A stretch of 64,000 nucleotides of DNA, taken from positions 6,510,001-6,574,000 of the forward strand of contig OZ281494.1 in the NCBI GenBank assembly GCA_965637545.1, written 5' to 3'. Below, piece after piece: positions 1 through 13,883 of the stretch (position 1 is the first letter of the stretch; every line of letters begins with the position of its first letter). The translations under genes and the position numbers were made by a program. The notes below the pieces were generated by a model. It was not told where the DNA came from. It searched no databases and worked only from the letters and a program-made list of their open reading frames with translations. Origin of the DNA: Phallusia mammillata. Its lineage: Eukaryota.

Positions 1-94
1 TCCTAAGGCTTCCCTGAGGTTGGACACATCAGGCACACTGGCTCATGGGAGTTTCTTTATTTTGAGCTCCTCAGGCCCTGAGGCTCAGGGCTTT

Positions 95-1699
95 TCACAA
101 TATCGTCAAATTTACTGAATCCGAGAAAAAAAAATGTGATACATTGCAGTTTGTATATTTGTATAGCTTTTTACCGATACCATATCGTTTACCACGCTGC
201 AATGGTGTATTGCCAAAATCGATTTTTAAACCATTTATCCATGGGCATTTTGTAGAAGTTTTTCTTGAAAAGTATTTTCCATAGTTTTCCATCTCAGACG
301 TATTTAATTCCACAAAACATGGCAGATTTTTCATTTCCTTCATCCAAGCGACCACCATAGGGTATTTCCCCCCAATGATGCCAGAATCAATAATGTCAAG
401 ATATTGAAATAAAGTTACTCCAAAAAAATCTGAAAAATATGATGTTTTGGGTGAAACGCTATAAAAAGGCTACAAAATTTTAACACAAGACTGTAATTAT
501 TGTATTTGTTCGCACACCAGCAATGGTGATATTGGGACCAGCCATAAACTTGTCTTTTTTCAGATAGTTTTCAAGCTGTTTTAAAGCCTCGTGCACCTTG
601 GGAAGATTTTCGCTGCGGGTTTGTCAACCGTTGACCAAAATATTGCTTACATTCTGCAAGCAAATAATACAAGATATTTAATCAAGCCTGTAAAATACAT
701 GTGCAAAGAGTGCAAATATCAAAGTTGTTTGTTAGTTCTTATGTGTATATTTTCCATACCGTACCAAATACGTTTTTTCCGATAGAAAATCAATTTAAAA
801 CCTAAAGACCTTTTGACAAACGTTTGATAGCAACCGAGTAATATTGTGATGACTAAATTCGAGCAAAGTTGACTTACGAATTTGTGGGTCTTTACTTGAC
901 TTAAGTTAACAAAAAATAAAACTTTATTGAACAACGAACGATTTGTAAAAAAAAATTGACTAACCAGCCTTAATCGCAAAATTAGACATTTGTTTAGCGT
1001 GATTACTATAAGTAACTGCCAGTTTGTAAAATCAACAAAACATGTGTACTTAACGATGTCCGAGACACAGCAAGTAAAGTCTTTAGAGAAACTGTGTCTA
1101 TTCAAGTCATCTCATCAAAGAAACTTGTAACATTAACTGACATTGCATAGTTATTCAATTAAAGTAAAAGTAAGATGCGACGAAAACATGTTACAGTGCT
1201 AGTCTGCAATTTCGCCTGGTTTGCTTACAAGGTACTCTGCAATCTCTAGGGAAATCAATTCTTCAACATAAAGCATCATATCAACCCTTGCACGTTTCTC
1301 CGGATCACTGGGGTACAATGTTTCCTCGACTTTACCGTACTTGTTGCACAGATAAGCAGCAATGGTACGGCTGCAAACATACGCTGTTCATTTTTACAAG
1401 CAAAACGAATTTTACGGTTATTATGTTCCTGTTATATTAGGACTTAATGCTTTTATAGAAGCAAGGTCAGTACAGGACATAACTTAGAAGACTCGTTACC
1501 TCTCAGTTAGAATAAAGTCTCCGTCAACTAATGCTGGAACTTTTCCTCTTGGGTGAATCTCTAAATACTTTTGGGACAACTGTTCTCCGGCAAGCAAGTT
1601 TAAAACCTCTACATCACATTGAAGATCAAGCGCTTTTACGACCATCAAAACACTGCGACTTGGCGGACTTATGTCGCTGTGATAAAGTTTCATCGCCAT
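95..1699 (-). pseudogene. GST copy 1 (theta/delta-like glutathione S-transferase), probably damaged; exons 1699-1500, 1370-1229, 653-518, 429-(235/95)
   Basis: MAMKLYHSDISPPSRSV...HPRGKVPALVDGDFILTE/SRTIAAYLCNKYG...LYPSDPEKRARVDMML is the GST N-domain signature, with GT-AG introns at the same positions as copies 2-4. In-frame TGA at 624-626 (Glu in copy 2). An extra T near 268-271 shifts the C-terminus off the paralog-like FQEKLLQNAHG* ending (stop 235-237) into a longer tail ending at 95. Confidence 0.8.
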
Positions 1700-2942
1700 A
1701 TCTGGGATTTTTGCTGCGTTCGAGTCAGCTATAATGATTCTAAAATTTAAGCTGCAAATAAATGCACTCCGGGCTAACAAAAAATGTTTTGTATCTAACA
1801 ATTTAAGCTTAACTGAAATGCGTGTATACACATAGTTTCCGAATGATAAACTGTTGCTTAAATTTTTTACAACAAGTGTAATAGCAAAGCTATGACAACA
1901 GTACAGCCGCTGTACGTTGAACATTCTTGCCCAATTGTTTCCGCTAGCTATTTCCGGCTTTGTGCTTGCTTTTAGCGCCATTGTGTAGCTATGTTTCCGT
2001 TCACCGAGCAAAATGAACTTGTTTTAAGTAGTTGACTTTACATTATTCTGGTTTGTAACTTTATAAACGAATTCAGGCCTGACTTTGCACAGTTTCAATC
2101 TTAAACCCATTCTGCGCTTTCCTGATAGTTACATTTATTCGTGGTGTTACAAATAATCAACTGTGCAAGACCAGATATGGTGTTAAATGGCACAATCTTT
2201 GCACATTGTTAAAAGCAGATCACGAACAAACTAACAGTTTCTAATTAGATCCAATGCGCGTGAAACAAGTTCGTGACAAAATTCAATATTGAAGTAAAAT
2301 TTGTAAATCAAGTTTTTACAAGTGCACAAGTAAAAAACACAACAAACAAAGTTAGACAAAAACAGTGATAAAAACAACAACTTTAGAGATATGGTTAGCA
2401 CTACTGCTTTTAAACTGGTTTAACAAGCAACGCTTGACAAGCAACACAACATCGAGTCACGTCTTATATTCGTCAGGCGCGCACGCCAAAGCTTTGGGCA
2501 CTAAGCACAGTTACAAAGCATACATATGGCGACGCACATGCCATATGTATGCTGTGTAAAGATTGCCGCAGGCCAAAATGGTCTTCAAAAAAACCAATCA
2601 CGCATGGCAACATTCTTACGAACTACATTTGGATCGCATTTGGCGCTGGAGCGTATAGCGGCTTATCGCCTTTTTTATTGAGTGTTTCCGTCTCACTTTG
2701 TTTGTTGTGTTTGTTTACTTTTATTTCTTTATACTGATGTTTTGTCCTGTGGTTTTATAGGATCTGAAAATGCTATTAGGCAATATATATATATATTCCA
2801 AGATATTCAAGTTAGTTTTCGTTACCAGGAAAATACTTTTCCTACCTAGTTTTACGACCAATCGTATTTTTATTTTGTTTTTACTTTTGTGGACAACATG
2901 TTATACAAAGGTTTGTAGCAATAGTTCAAAACTATTCGTCAC

Positions 2943-4690
2943 TTATGCATATTTTTGAAGTTTATCATGAAATATTTCTTTCATGTTAACCATGCCAGAT
3001 TCGTTACATTCTTTGAAATATGGCAGTTTTTCAATTTCCTTCACCCACTCGACAACTTTAGGATATGTCCCATAATCTTTAAAACCAATAACGTCAAGAA
3101 ACGAAACGGAATTGGCACCAAAAAAATCTGCAAAAGTAAATAAATCTTGGGACAAACCATCATTATTTTAATGAGAACAAAAATAATTTAATTTATACAA
3201 AGTTCAACCTTTTTTTCACTTACCAGCTATAGTGATATTAGGACCGGCCATAAACTTCTCTTTATTCAAATAGTTTTCAAGCTGTTTTAGAGCTTCGTGC
3301 ACCTTCGGAAGATATTGGTCCCGAATATTTTCGCCCTCCAACACAACATTGCGAACATTCTGCATGTAAAAATATAAACTCAGTTACATCTGTTCCAAGA
3401 CCAGTTATGCTTGTGGTATTGGATTTTACTCGTCTAGTATAACTTGCCCCGATATGGTGGCGCAGTTAGATATGAAATTCATGCACCCTCAATAATGCCA
3501 CAATTCTTTGGATCGTAAGTGACCATGAGGCCAAGTTATGATTTTCAAGGGTTTAACTTGATCAAACTTTGTAAAATAAACGTTTAGCTCCGGCTTTCGA
3601 CGATACAAGTTTCTTTGAATGAGCCTACACGGACTCATCATTCATTGTAAGCAACTATTTACTGTGAAGTAAAATAATCAAAAATGGCTTGACAATGACT
3701 TGTAAGAGTAAATTGACACATGACCAAGCATAAGTTAAAGACTTAATTGATGTTGGCATAAACTTGTATTTTAATATTTTAACTAAAATAATCAAAAATA
3801 GCTTGGAAATTACTTGTCAACAAATGACATAACTCACAACTAACGTAGAAATTAGGCCTTGTTTGTAAAGCTTAAAGTTCAAACAAAGAAAAAAAAAAAT
3901 TGCATGTCGAAGTGCATGATCACACATTTCCGGAAGTAAACAAACGTTAGGGGTATGTTTGCTTGCCAGGTATGTTGTAATTTCCTCGTACACCCATTCC
4001 CCAACATATAGCATCATGTCAACCTTTGCACGTTTTTCAGGGTCACTGGGATACAATGTTTCATCGACTTTACCGTATTTGTTGCACAGATAGGCAGCAA
4101 TGGCACGACTGAAATCATGTAGTATTTTGTATTAAACAAATTATCTTAGTGGCGTTTTGATTTGAATAAAAGGCCTCCATTTATGCCGAAAAACACTGTA
4201 TAAAAGTTAACTACTTTTGAATGCATCGGAAACTTTTATTTAAACTACTAGAGAGTGTAAGCTATTTTCCCGGCATAAAACGCAAACTTAAAACAATTCC
4301 ATTCATAACTTAAAGTGCTATTTCATTCAATAAGAGAACTTAATATGTCAAAACTCACTTTGTCGGCATCGGTGCTAACGACAATGTTCAAAATAAATCA
4401 AAAATTTGCTTTTCCTGTCAAACGGAATGCGATGGCAACCCAGTGACGTGTGGCATTTTTTCCATTAAAACTTGTCACTACAGGACATACCTTTCAATTA
4501 GAGTAAAATCTCCGTCGGTTAAAGCTGGAACCTTTCCTCGAGGATGAATCTCTAAATACTTTGGGGAGAACTGTTCTCCGGCAAGCAAATTCACAACCTC
4601 AACATCACATTTGAGATCAAGCGCTTTGAGGACCATCAAAACGCTGCAACTGGGAGGACTTAATTCGTGATAATATAATTTGATCGTCAT
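2943..4690 (-). CDS. GST copy 2 (theta/delta-like), intact; exons 4690-4491, 4108-3967, 3359-3224, 3127-2943
   Basis: Spliced ORF MTIKLYYHELSPPSCSV...ESRAIAAYLCNKYG...KFMAGPNITIADFFG...MKEIFHDKLQKYA*. Intron 2 needs a GC donor (CTG|GCAAGC at 3966-3965), at the position where copy 1 has GTAAGC. Confidence 0.9.
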
Positions 4691-6413
4691 ATTCAAAGGA
4701 CCTGTACTTTTTGTGTTTGTGTAAATTATTCAAAATTGGAAAAATATCACTGCTAATAACATTATAGTTATGTATTGTTTTTTGTAGTCAGTCTGAACAA
4801 TTTAGTTTGAAAGCAAAACATTTAAGTGACAACATTCTAATTGTTATTACATGGTATGTTTATTTGCAAGTTTTGGTATTATAAAAAACACGGTTGCAGA
4901 ATTTGCAAAATGAGTTTCGATCAAACGGCAAAACATACCAAGATTAAAGAAAGGAACACTTGATTGGAACAAAACAGTTCAACAAATGCAAATTAGGTGC
5001 AGTAGCCACGCCATTTAAATTTGGCATCACGCACTCACATAGAAAGAAAAATAAGTGTAATTCTTGAGACCAGACGGACCAACTTTAGTTTACATTTAAC
5101 ATTTTTGTCTTATTTAACTTGAAAATCACTAAAAAATACCAATGTAGAACAATAATATTCTTATATGCAATGTGACATATAGTTAACAGACATGACGTGA
5201 AAGGTTGCAATGTCTGCTGAAATAAAATCTTAAACTTGAAGTCATAGGCAACCGAACGTAAACTTGAAAGCATAGTTATTAATACCCGACTATTAGTACT
5301 GCATAAACGCAATCAAGCTTGCTCAGCCAACCTTGTCGCACCAGCAAGTTGAAATAACACGTCCTCTATAGTCTGTATTGCCCAGACTGTCTTGTATAAA
5401 TCAAAAGTCTGATTCTGCAGACTCTTGTTCAAATATAGATTAGTCAAAAACGATTTCGTAAGTTTGCATCAGCAGTTGTAGGTTGTACTTTGCTATTGAC
5501 ACAGTACTGCACTTGACCAATAAAACGTGTCAAGCTATAAACTGTGCTGACGTATAACATTTGCAAAGCATCCAGCGGTTAAGTTTAGCAAGGCTAAAAA
5601 GGAATCTGAATACCTTAAATGTTTAATGATGGGTATGTCAGACTGATTTTCGTTTTCTTTGTAAAGGGATCAAGTTTCAAAATGCACACTGAATAGTTTG
5701 CCAACAAAACACAGGATGCCCTGTTCTTTTGCCCACAGTTCAGATTGCGACCTAAACATTTAGGCTTGCCTTTGTGAAACAAACTTAAACGATGGCATTC
5801 AAAAATAATGATTGATGTAGTTTTTGTCGAAATCTCGTAACTTTTTTTCGCAAGTATTCTATTTTAAGTCCATAAAAGAAACTTAGGGCGCAACCCGGTA
5901 AGACACATACACCATTTTTTATTTAGGGTGTGGATTGGTTGTATTAAGATTAACATCTTGTTATGCCTTTGTTAAAGCCCAGGATTTGTATTATCTATAA
6001 TGTGTTGTTACTATTTAGGATTGTTGTCTAACTATGTGTGTAATCGGATAGTCTGTAATTATACATATAGATATAGTCTAGGTTGATGGGCTAACTAGAA
6101 ACGTTGCAATGTATGAGTTCAAATAAGCAGTTTTATAAATATTCTTCGAAACGTTGTTTAATTTTGATCAATTTTCTTTCCGTAAGTGCAGATATTTTAA
6201 TGGCGGTTGACATTAAAGAACTATTGTGTTAGTATTGAATTAGGTTGTTCAGTAAACAAATACGTTCGCAAGCCTTGAATCTGCCAAGTCTACAGCAATG
6301 CTTGGATAAAACAGACACACAAACGACAGAATAGTATGTTTCACATCAGTTTGTGTTGCAATTTTGAATATAATATCCGTGGCGACATCACGAGTTTTCA
6401 CCACGCAAATCAG

Positions 6414-8115
6414 TTATTGATGTTGTTTCATTTTCTCCATAAAGATGTCGCGAGAAATTTTTAATGCAAACTCGTTGCATTCGGCGAAGTAGGGAAGACT
6501 TTTCATTCGCTTGATCCACGCGTTTAAACCAGGATATTCTCCGTACCGAGAAAAATCGCACAGGTCCAAACAGAGAACCCCATTTATGCCGAAAAAGTCT
6601 GAAACAAAAAGGTGATTAATTTTGGAAGCATCAGTAGTTTTATTTAAATTACCAGCAATTGTGAGGTAATTTCCCGCCATAAAATCCCCTTTCTCAAAAA
6701 ATCCATTCATAACTTGAAGCGCCTGCTCGACTTTAGGTAATTCGTCCTTGCGCATGTTGGAGCCGTGAAAGGTAACATCATGCAAATTCTGTAATTACAA
6801 AAACGATAATTCATGTTACATTGATAAAATTCATTCATCACATTAGCAAAATTAGCTCACACTACCAAAGTTCGTATGTGGAAATCTCTACACTCCAATT
6901 TTCTTATAAATGTCCCACTAAAACTGGTTAAACTCCAAATTTCTTATAAATGACACACTAAAAACGAGTTTTCTAACCAGGGGTACATGGACCTTTTGGG
7001 GACATAAAGCAACAAACAGGAGGTTCGGTATATAGTTTCAAAATAATTGCTGTACCGAATGTTTCATAAAATGTAAGGTTTCGGTATGGATTAGAATATT
7101 TTTCAAAATACATTTTCACAAGCAACTACGCCACTAAATGTAAATTAACATTTCGAACATATTTTTAGTCACCCTGCTCTAGAAAGTTGGTTTGAATAAG
7201 AGCTCAGTAAGCAGGCAAATTAACGACAGACTACTGTACTACTTGCATGACAAAGTGGGCCAAAATCAGATTGTGGGAAGAAAAAAACAGAACAGGCCAA
7301 TGAAGCAACATGCCATGAAAATGTCATTTTTACCAAGTAATGATAAACAATGTTGTAGACCCAATCAGCTTTGGATAACAACATGTCGACGATCGCTCTT
7401 TCTTTTAGTGCCGAAGGATACAACGATTTCTCGTCACCTGATGCGTATTTGTTGCACAGATATGCTGTAATTGCTCGGCTGAAACACAAAGATTTTTAAG
7501 TGAGAAGCGGTCACTAAAAGCAGGGGAATTTACTACCCAAACAATACTTTTATCTCATTGATGCAAACCACATAAAGTTGTATGTCATTTTATACGGTTA
7601 ACATGGCTTTGTTAAACAGTAAAAACATTTCGTGCCATGGCTATAAGCAGTGGTGGGATTCAAACTTTTTGTCAACCGGTTTAATCACGAAAGTCATACT
7701 TTTTAGCCAGTTCTGTTACAAAAAGTCATAAACAGTAAATAGTAATGCTAACCGGTTCGCTGATCGCATAATATTTCGTGAGACGGTTCTATAGAACCGG
7801 TGCGAACCGGCTTAATCCCACCACTGACTATAAGTTCTGTTATAGATTTAGCATAAAAGACGAGTGCAACCATTCTTGAACAAATGGTGACATTAAAAAC
7901 AAGGTGACGTCATACCTTTCAGACAGAACGAAATCGTCATCAACGATTACGGGGACAAGGCCACAAGGGTTCAGTTTCATGTATTCTGGTTTCTTTTGAT
8001 CTAAAGCTAGAAGGTCGACGTTTTCAAGGTCAAATTCCACGTCGAGAGCTTTTAATGTCATGTGAACAGCTCGACTGGGTGGACTTCCAACACTGTGGTA
8101 AAACTTTATCGGCAT
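6414..8115 (-). CDS. GST copy 3 (theta/delta-like), intact; exons 8115-7916, 7478-7334, 6788-6653, 6598-6414
   Basis: MPIKFYHSVGSPPSRAV...NPCGLVPVIVDDDFVLSESRAITAYLCNKY...FMAGNYLTIADFFG...FMEKMKQHQ*, all introns GT-AG. Confidence 0.92.
7648..7826. mobile_element. hAT-type MITE in GST3 intron 1
   Basis: TIR CAGTGGTGGGATT / AATCCCACCACTG; flanks gctataag / actataag (7 of 8 match); absent from the homologous GST4 intron. Confidence 0.85.
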
Positions 8116-9993
8116 TTTACCTTACAATTTGTGGCAAACGGGATTCTAAAGATCTGGTAAAGGTTATTATTAACACAACTGATGTTTCAAAGTGTGCATA
8201 GAGTTTCGGATTTTAGTGTTTTTACTTGTTTATTCCTACATTTTCATAGTGTTTGTTAAGACAAGATCAACCACGTGACAAAGTTTGTTGCAAATCAGTA
8301 GTGCGTGACGGAATTTGTTTACCAAGTGAGAAAGTTAATTTGAGTATTGGAAGAAATGTTTTATAATTGGCACCACATCAACAGTTATAGTTTGAATTTT
8401 TGCATAATTTAAATCAAACTAAAATTTAGCAACCCTAGAGCAAATAGTTAGAGTTTAAATTGCTAACACGCACAGTTTACCAACTGCTTTCCTGTGCCTA
8501 CCTTGGCGTAAAAAGTGCAGAAGTTATGGGCGAGCAAGAAAATTATTGTGCCCACGGAACACGTTTGCAAAGCTGTTCCTACTTACCGCTGATCAGACAT
8601 GTTACCCTTAGTCGTTACAAGCTTTAATGCTTTTATTTCATCTGTATGCCATAAGAACTTGGCTGTAGTTGCGCCAGAATTAGACGACGCCATATAGGCT
8701 GCCCTATGTTTTTTCGGAAACACAGCATTACTGGTTTTGCGTCTGGCTAAACATAAAACACTCTTACAGTGACTATTTGTTGGACATCATCTCATTACCG
8801 AAACTGATCATAACTGCAACGTGAATTTCCACTCGACTGAGACACGATTTGCTTCCTACTACAAAACTACTCATCACGACTTATAAGCTGCAAGCAGAAG
8901 TGAAGTCAGTGATTTAGTTGCCAAATACTTGGTGCTCGTTAAAGCGGAACGTCAACAAAAGTTTAGTGCAAAAACGCTTTTCTGTTCTGTGTTGAAATAT
9001 GAAATTAGGTGCTTAAACGTTAATAGATTATTGTCTTTTTTGTTTCAATAATATTCTTATCTGTGAAGTGACAAATAGTTAACAGACATGACGTTTAAGG
9101 TTACAGTGTCAAAATAAAGTGGTAAACTTAAAGTCATTAGCAACTTTGAAAGCGTTATCAACACCTGACTATTTCAGAAATACTTTATAAACACAAACCA
9201 ACTGAAGCTTGCTTGATCAGCCAACCTTGTCACCCCAGCAGGTTGAAATATCACATCCTTTTTGATCTATGTTGCCCAGGCAGTCTTGTATAAATCCAAT
9301 GAGGCTACTTTATATTACATTAAGTCAAACAAAAAGTCTGATTCTGCAGACTCTTGTTCAAATATAGATTAGTCAAGAACGATTTCGTAAGTTTGCATTA
9401 GTTGTAGGTTGTGCTTTGCTATTGACACAGCACTACACTTGACCAACAAACAATGGCAAGCAATATACTGATGCTGTGCTGATGTATGTATAACATTACC
9501 AAAGCATTCAACCGGAAAACCGCTTAGGTTGAAAAGGCCAAAAAAGTAAACTGATTGCCTGAAATGCTTTGGTAATGGGTATTAAGCATATTCCAAACAT
9601 GGTGTGATTTCAAGACAGACTCAGACTGATTCCCGTTTTCATTTAAACGGGATCAAGTTCCAAATGCACAGTGAATGCTTTGCCAACAAAGCGCAGGATG
9701 CCCTATTTGTTTGTACAAGGCTCATTTTTTTCGGATTGCGACTTAAACGATTAGGCTTGCCGTTGTTAAACAGACTTAAACGATGCATTTCAAAAATAAT
9801 GTTTGATGTATGTTTTCTCGTAAATCTCGTTATTTTATTCCGAGTTAAAAAACCTTGGCCTCAAGCCAGGGAGATGCATAAGCCTTAGGTGCATCGTGAC
9901 AGATGTTTTATGTTTAGGGTTAGGATTGGTTGTACAAGCACTAACTCTTGCTAAGCCTTTGTTGTTGAAGCCCTGGATTTGTATTATCTATAA

Positions 9994-10295
9994 CAGTGGT
10001 TCTGGTGTTCCATTGATCACCAGTGGTCCATGATGACTTTTTGGGTGGTCCACAGGACGTCCTCGAAGTTTGGTGACAAATTAAAGATGATTGCTTATTA
10101 TACGTCGAAAGAGCATCAACATGTTACCTGTTAATAATTGTATCTCACTTCTCGAAAATCGGTTTAAAAGAATTAGGTTTAAAGCCCAAATAGTAGTTTT
10201 GTATGCGTACTTCGATCTTTCTCAAAAAAAATGGTCCACGATATTATTTTTGCTGAGGCGGTGGCCCATGGCCTGAAGCGAGTTGAGAACCACTG
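9994..10295. mobile_element. hAT (Charlie/Buster-like) MITE
   Basis: Ends CAGTGGTTCT / AGAACCACTG; degenerate 8-bp TSD atctataa / atcgatga; the empty site is visible in the other duplication unit near 5995. Confidence 0.75.
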
Positions 10296-10785
10296 ATCGA
10301 TGATATGTTGTTAATTTTTAGTATTGTTGTCTAACTATGTAATCGGATAAGCTGCCATTATTGATGTGTGTTTTATATCGTAGCTCATAACATTAAAACT
10401 AGATAATGGTCAGTAAATGGTTGTAGACATTTATTCTGCTAAAATAGTTTAGCTTTCATTTAAGCTGAAATTAGCACACACAGATCCATAAGCGTAGGAG
10501 TGGATTCACACTTGGCCAAGTACAAATTACAAGACTTAAATTCGTTCTGTTAGTGCAGATATTTTAATGGCGGCTGGCATTTAAGAACTATTATGTTGGT
10601 ACTGAATTAGACTGTTTGGAGACAAATACATTCAGAAACCTAATATCTGCCATACCAACAATCATGGATAAAACAGAAATAGTATTAACAAACGACAGAA
10701 TAGTATTAATATTTCATATTAGTATGTGCTGCAATGTTGATATTACATTTGTGGTGACATCATGCTATTACACAACGCAAATGGG

Positions 10786-11947
10786 TTATTGATGTTGTTT
10801 CATTTTCTCCATAAAGATGTCGCGTGAAATTTTGATCCCTATCTCGTTGCATTCAGAGAAATAGGGAAGGCTTTTCATTAGCTCGATCCACGCCTTTAAA
10901 CCAGGGTATTCTCCATACCGAGAAAAGTCGCACAAGTTCAAACAGAGAACCCCATTTATGCCAAAAAAGTCTGAAACAAAACGGTAATTAATTTTGGAAG
11001 TATCAGAAGTTTTGGTTTATACTACCAGCAATTGTGAGGTGATTTCCCGCCATAAAATTCCCTTTCTCAAAAAATCCATTCATAACCTTAAGTGCCTGCT
11101 CGACTTTAGATAATTCATCTTTGCGCATGTTACTGCCATGAAAAAAGGCGTCGTGCAAATTCTGCAAGAACAGAATCGAACAAGTGGTCAAATATTTTGC
11201 ATTTCAAAAGTTTATTCATGCGGTTGAGAAATTAGATAAAATAAAGAAATTCTACCCGCGTAATTAAAAAAGAACCTTTCCGCCGAAACGTTGGCTTAAT
11301 TTTAAGGTAGTAGGCAAGTTAAAGACAAAGTGATCAGATGCGTAACAAAGTTAACTCAACACAAACAGCGGGAAGAAAAACACAACAGGCCAATAAGGCA
11401 ACATGCCATGAAAATGTAACTCGTACCAAGTAATGATAAACAATGTTGTAGACCCAATCAGCTTTGGATAGCATCATGTCGACGATCGCTCTTTCTTTTA
11501 GTGCCGAAGGATACAACGATTTCTCGTCACCTGATGTGTATTTGTTGCACAGATATGCTGCAATAGCCTGGCTGAAACACAAAGACTCTAAGTTAGAAGC
11601 AGTCACTAACAGCAGAGGAGTTTACTCTCAAAACAGTATTCGATCTTATCACTTTATTGGAATAACCTTTGGTCTGATAACCGGAAATGTTTTGTTCAAT
11701 GGCTATACGTACTGTTTCAGATTTTGTTACAAAACATAACCTCATACCTTTCAGACAGAACGAAATCGTCATCAACGATTACGGGGACAAGGCCGCAAGG
11801 ATTTAGTTTCATATATTCTGGTTTCTTTTGGTCAAAAGCGAGAAGGTCGACATTTTCAAGGTCGAATTCCAGGTCGAGAGCTTTTAATGTCATGTGAACA
11901 GCTCGACTGGGTGGACTGGCAATACTGTGGTAAAACTTTATCGGCAT
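10786..11947 (-). CDS. GST copy 4 (theta/delta-like), recent paralog of copy 3, intact; exons 11947-11748, 11571-11427, 11161-11026, 10970-10786
   Basis: MPIKFYHSIASPPSRAV...ESQAIAAYLCNKY...FMAGNHLTIADFFG...FMEKMKQHQ*, nearly co-linear with copy 3. Confidence 0.92.
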
Positions 11948-13883
11948 TTTACCTTAACATTTGTGGCAAACGCGACTCTAAATATGTAGTAAAAATTAGT
12001 ATTAACACAACTGACGTTTAAAAGTGTACATAGAATTTCGACTGTTAGGATTTTATCTTGTTGATACAAAGATGATAAAAGTGCCATGTTTGCTAAGGCA
12101 AGCTATACCACGTGACAACGTTTGTGGCAAATCAGCAGTGCGTGACGGTACTTGTTTAGTGAGCGAGAAAATTCGTATGGGACTTGCAGAAAAATGTTTT
12201 ATAAGTAGCACCACATAAACAATTATAGTTGGATTTTTGCATCATTCGCCTCAGAACAAACATTAGCAATAGCTGATGTAAACATTAGCTAACCTAGAGC
12301 AAATATAGTTTCAGTTTGCTAACACCAAAAGTTGACCAACAGCTTTCCTTCGAATATCTTAGCGTAAAACAAATGCAGAAATTGAGGCTAGCAACAAAAG
12401 CATTGATACACGTAACCCCTTTACAAGGCTTCTGCTACATCTTATTGTTCAAATGTGTCACTCGTGGTTGCTGCCATTGCCAGTTTTAGTATTTTATTTT
12501 GCCCACTTAGCTTGTTTGCATATGATATGAGAACTTGACTGTAGTTGCGTCCGCCATATTAAACGACGCCATAGACGCTAGCTTATGTCTATGTTTGTTC
12601 ATCAAGATATATTTCTGGTTTTGCGTTTGCCTAAAAGCAAAAACGCATTGCCTACAGTGACCATTCATAAGCCATGATCTTATGAACAAAACTCATAACA
12701 AATGCAACGTGAATTTCCACTCGACTGAGACACGTTTTGCTTTCTAATGCAAAAATAATAACGACTTGTAAGCTGCAAGCTGAAGTTAAGTCTGCTATTT
12801 GGTTGCCAAATACTTGGTGCTCATTAAAGCGGAACAGTTTCATGACATTAACCGCTATGTAGGTCAATACAGTAAGGGAAGTTTTACATTTAATTATTCA
12901 GTGCAAAATCTTTTTTCTGTCGTGTCTTGAAACATGCATTTTATAGGTGCTTGGGTAGAAGTTTATAGATTATTGCTTTTGGTTCTTTTCTGAAAATGGA
13001 TTAACCGGCTATGTTCATTCAAAGAGGGTTCACAAGAAAATTTTTACTTAATTTACTGACCACTTTATCAAGCTGAATTATGTCCTTTAAAGCAACAGTG
13101 TAAATTGGGAAAAAATAGCAAACTTGTCAAGCGAGTTGGTAAGAATTGACTAACATTTTTTTCGTTTTTGACATATCTGCAACGATTGTGGTACCGTTCC
13201 CGTAATCTAAACTCAATCAATAAAACACTAATCTGAGCTACATGATAGACTTTGGTTCAAACATAAGCCTTTTTTTAACCTACAGGTAACTTGTTTGGTT
13301 CCTGGGCAACACCGTCAGTGAAAGCGTAATATTATTGTTTGCAGTGACGCCGCGCTACATACAGGAAGTTGTATAGTGCCTCATAAAGGAAGTGTGTCAA
13401 TAACACTTTGAAAGGTAAATAGGCATTTAAAAAGTAATATTTCAGTTTCGACGGATTAAAACTCATAGGCTTAGTTAATCCAAACACCAGCATAACATAA
13501 ACTTGCCATGTTCAATTATTGCAATCAGCGAGCCTAGCAAAAAACTGCCTGAAATATGATGTTTCTTTTCGTTTGCTGTGTAGAATATTTTTGAACCAAA
13601 AGAATCAACAAGAATCGTCTTCAACCAGGAAAAACAGCTCAGCTAATAAAACGCGGCAACCAGTGTCTATGGAGCGAGTTCTAACATTCAGTTTTATAGT
13701 TAGTAACTTGTAAACATGTACTACACAACAATTTGCAACCCTGCACAGTTTAACCCTACCTCAAAAAATGAAGTTTTACTTAAAAGTCCAATCTACTACT
13801 TGATGAACGGCTTCAATGACCCAATAACTCATTTAAAATCGGTATTTGTTTTTATAAAAGAACCGGAAACATTTTCAACGCAA

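Larger units (their letters stand above)
4990..12835. repeat. ~4 kb tandem segmental duplication (about 4990-8950 and 8990-12835), each unit carrying one GST gene and its flanks
   Basis: Shared non-coding anchors in the same order: gaaattaggtgc (4991/9001), atagttaacagacatgacgt (~5180/~9075), aaaagtctgattctgcagactcttgttcaaatatagattag (~5402/~9332), aatttccactcgactgagacacg (~8824/~12712), aaagcggaac (8941/12826). Confidence 0.9.

Noticed and set aside
1-95. GC-rich stretch with the palindrome CCTCAGG-C-CCTGAGG (69-83)
   Set aside because: It is truncated by the window edge and too short to classify, so it may be part of a repeat. No function can be supported.
624-626. Selenocysteine recoding of the GST1 TGA
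   Set aside because: It aligns with Glu in the paralog, is far from the catalytic Ser, and the available 3' flank shows no RUGA/AA/GA helix that pairs properly.
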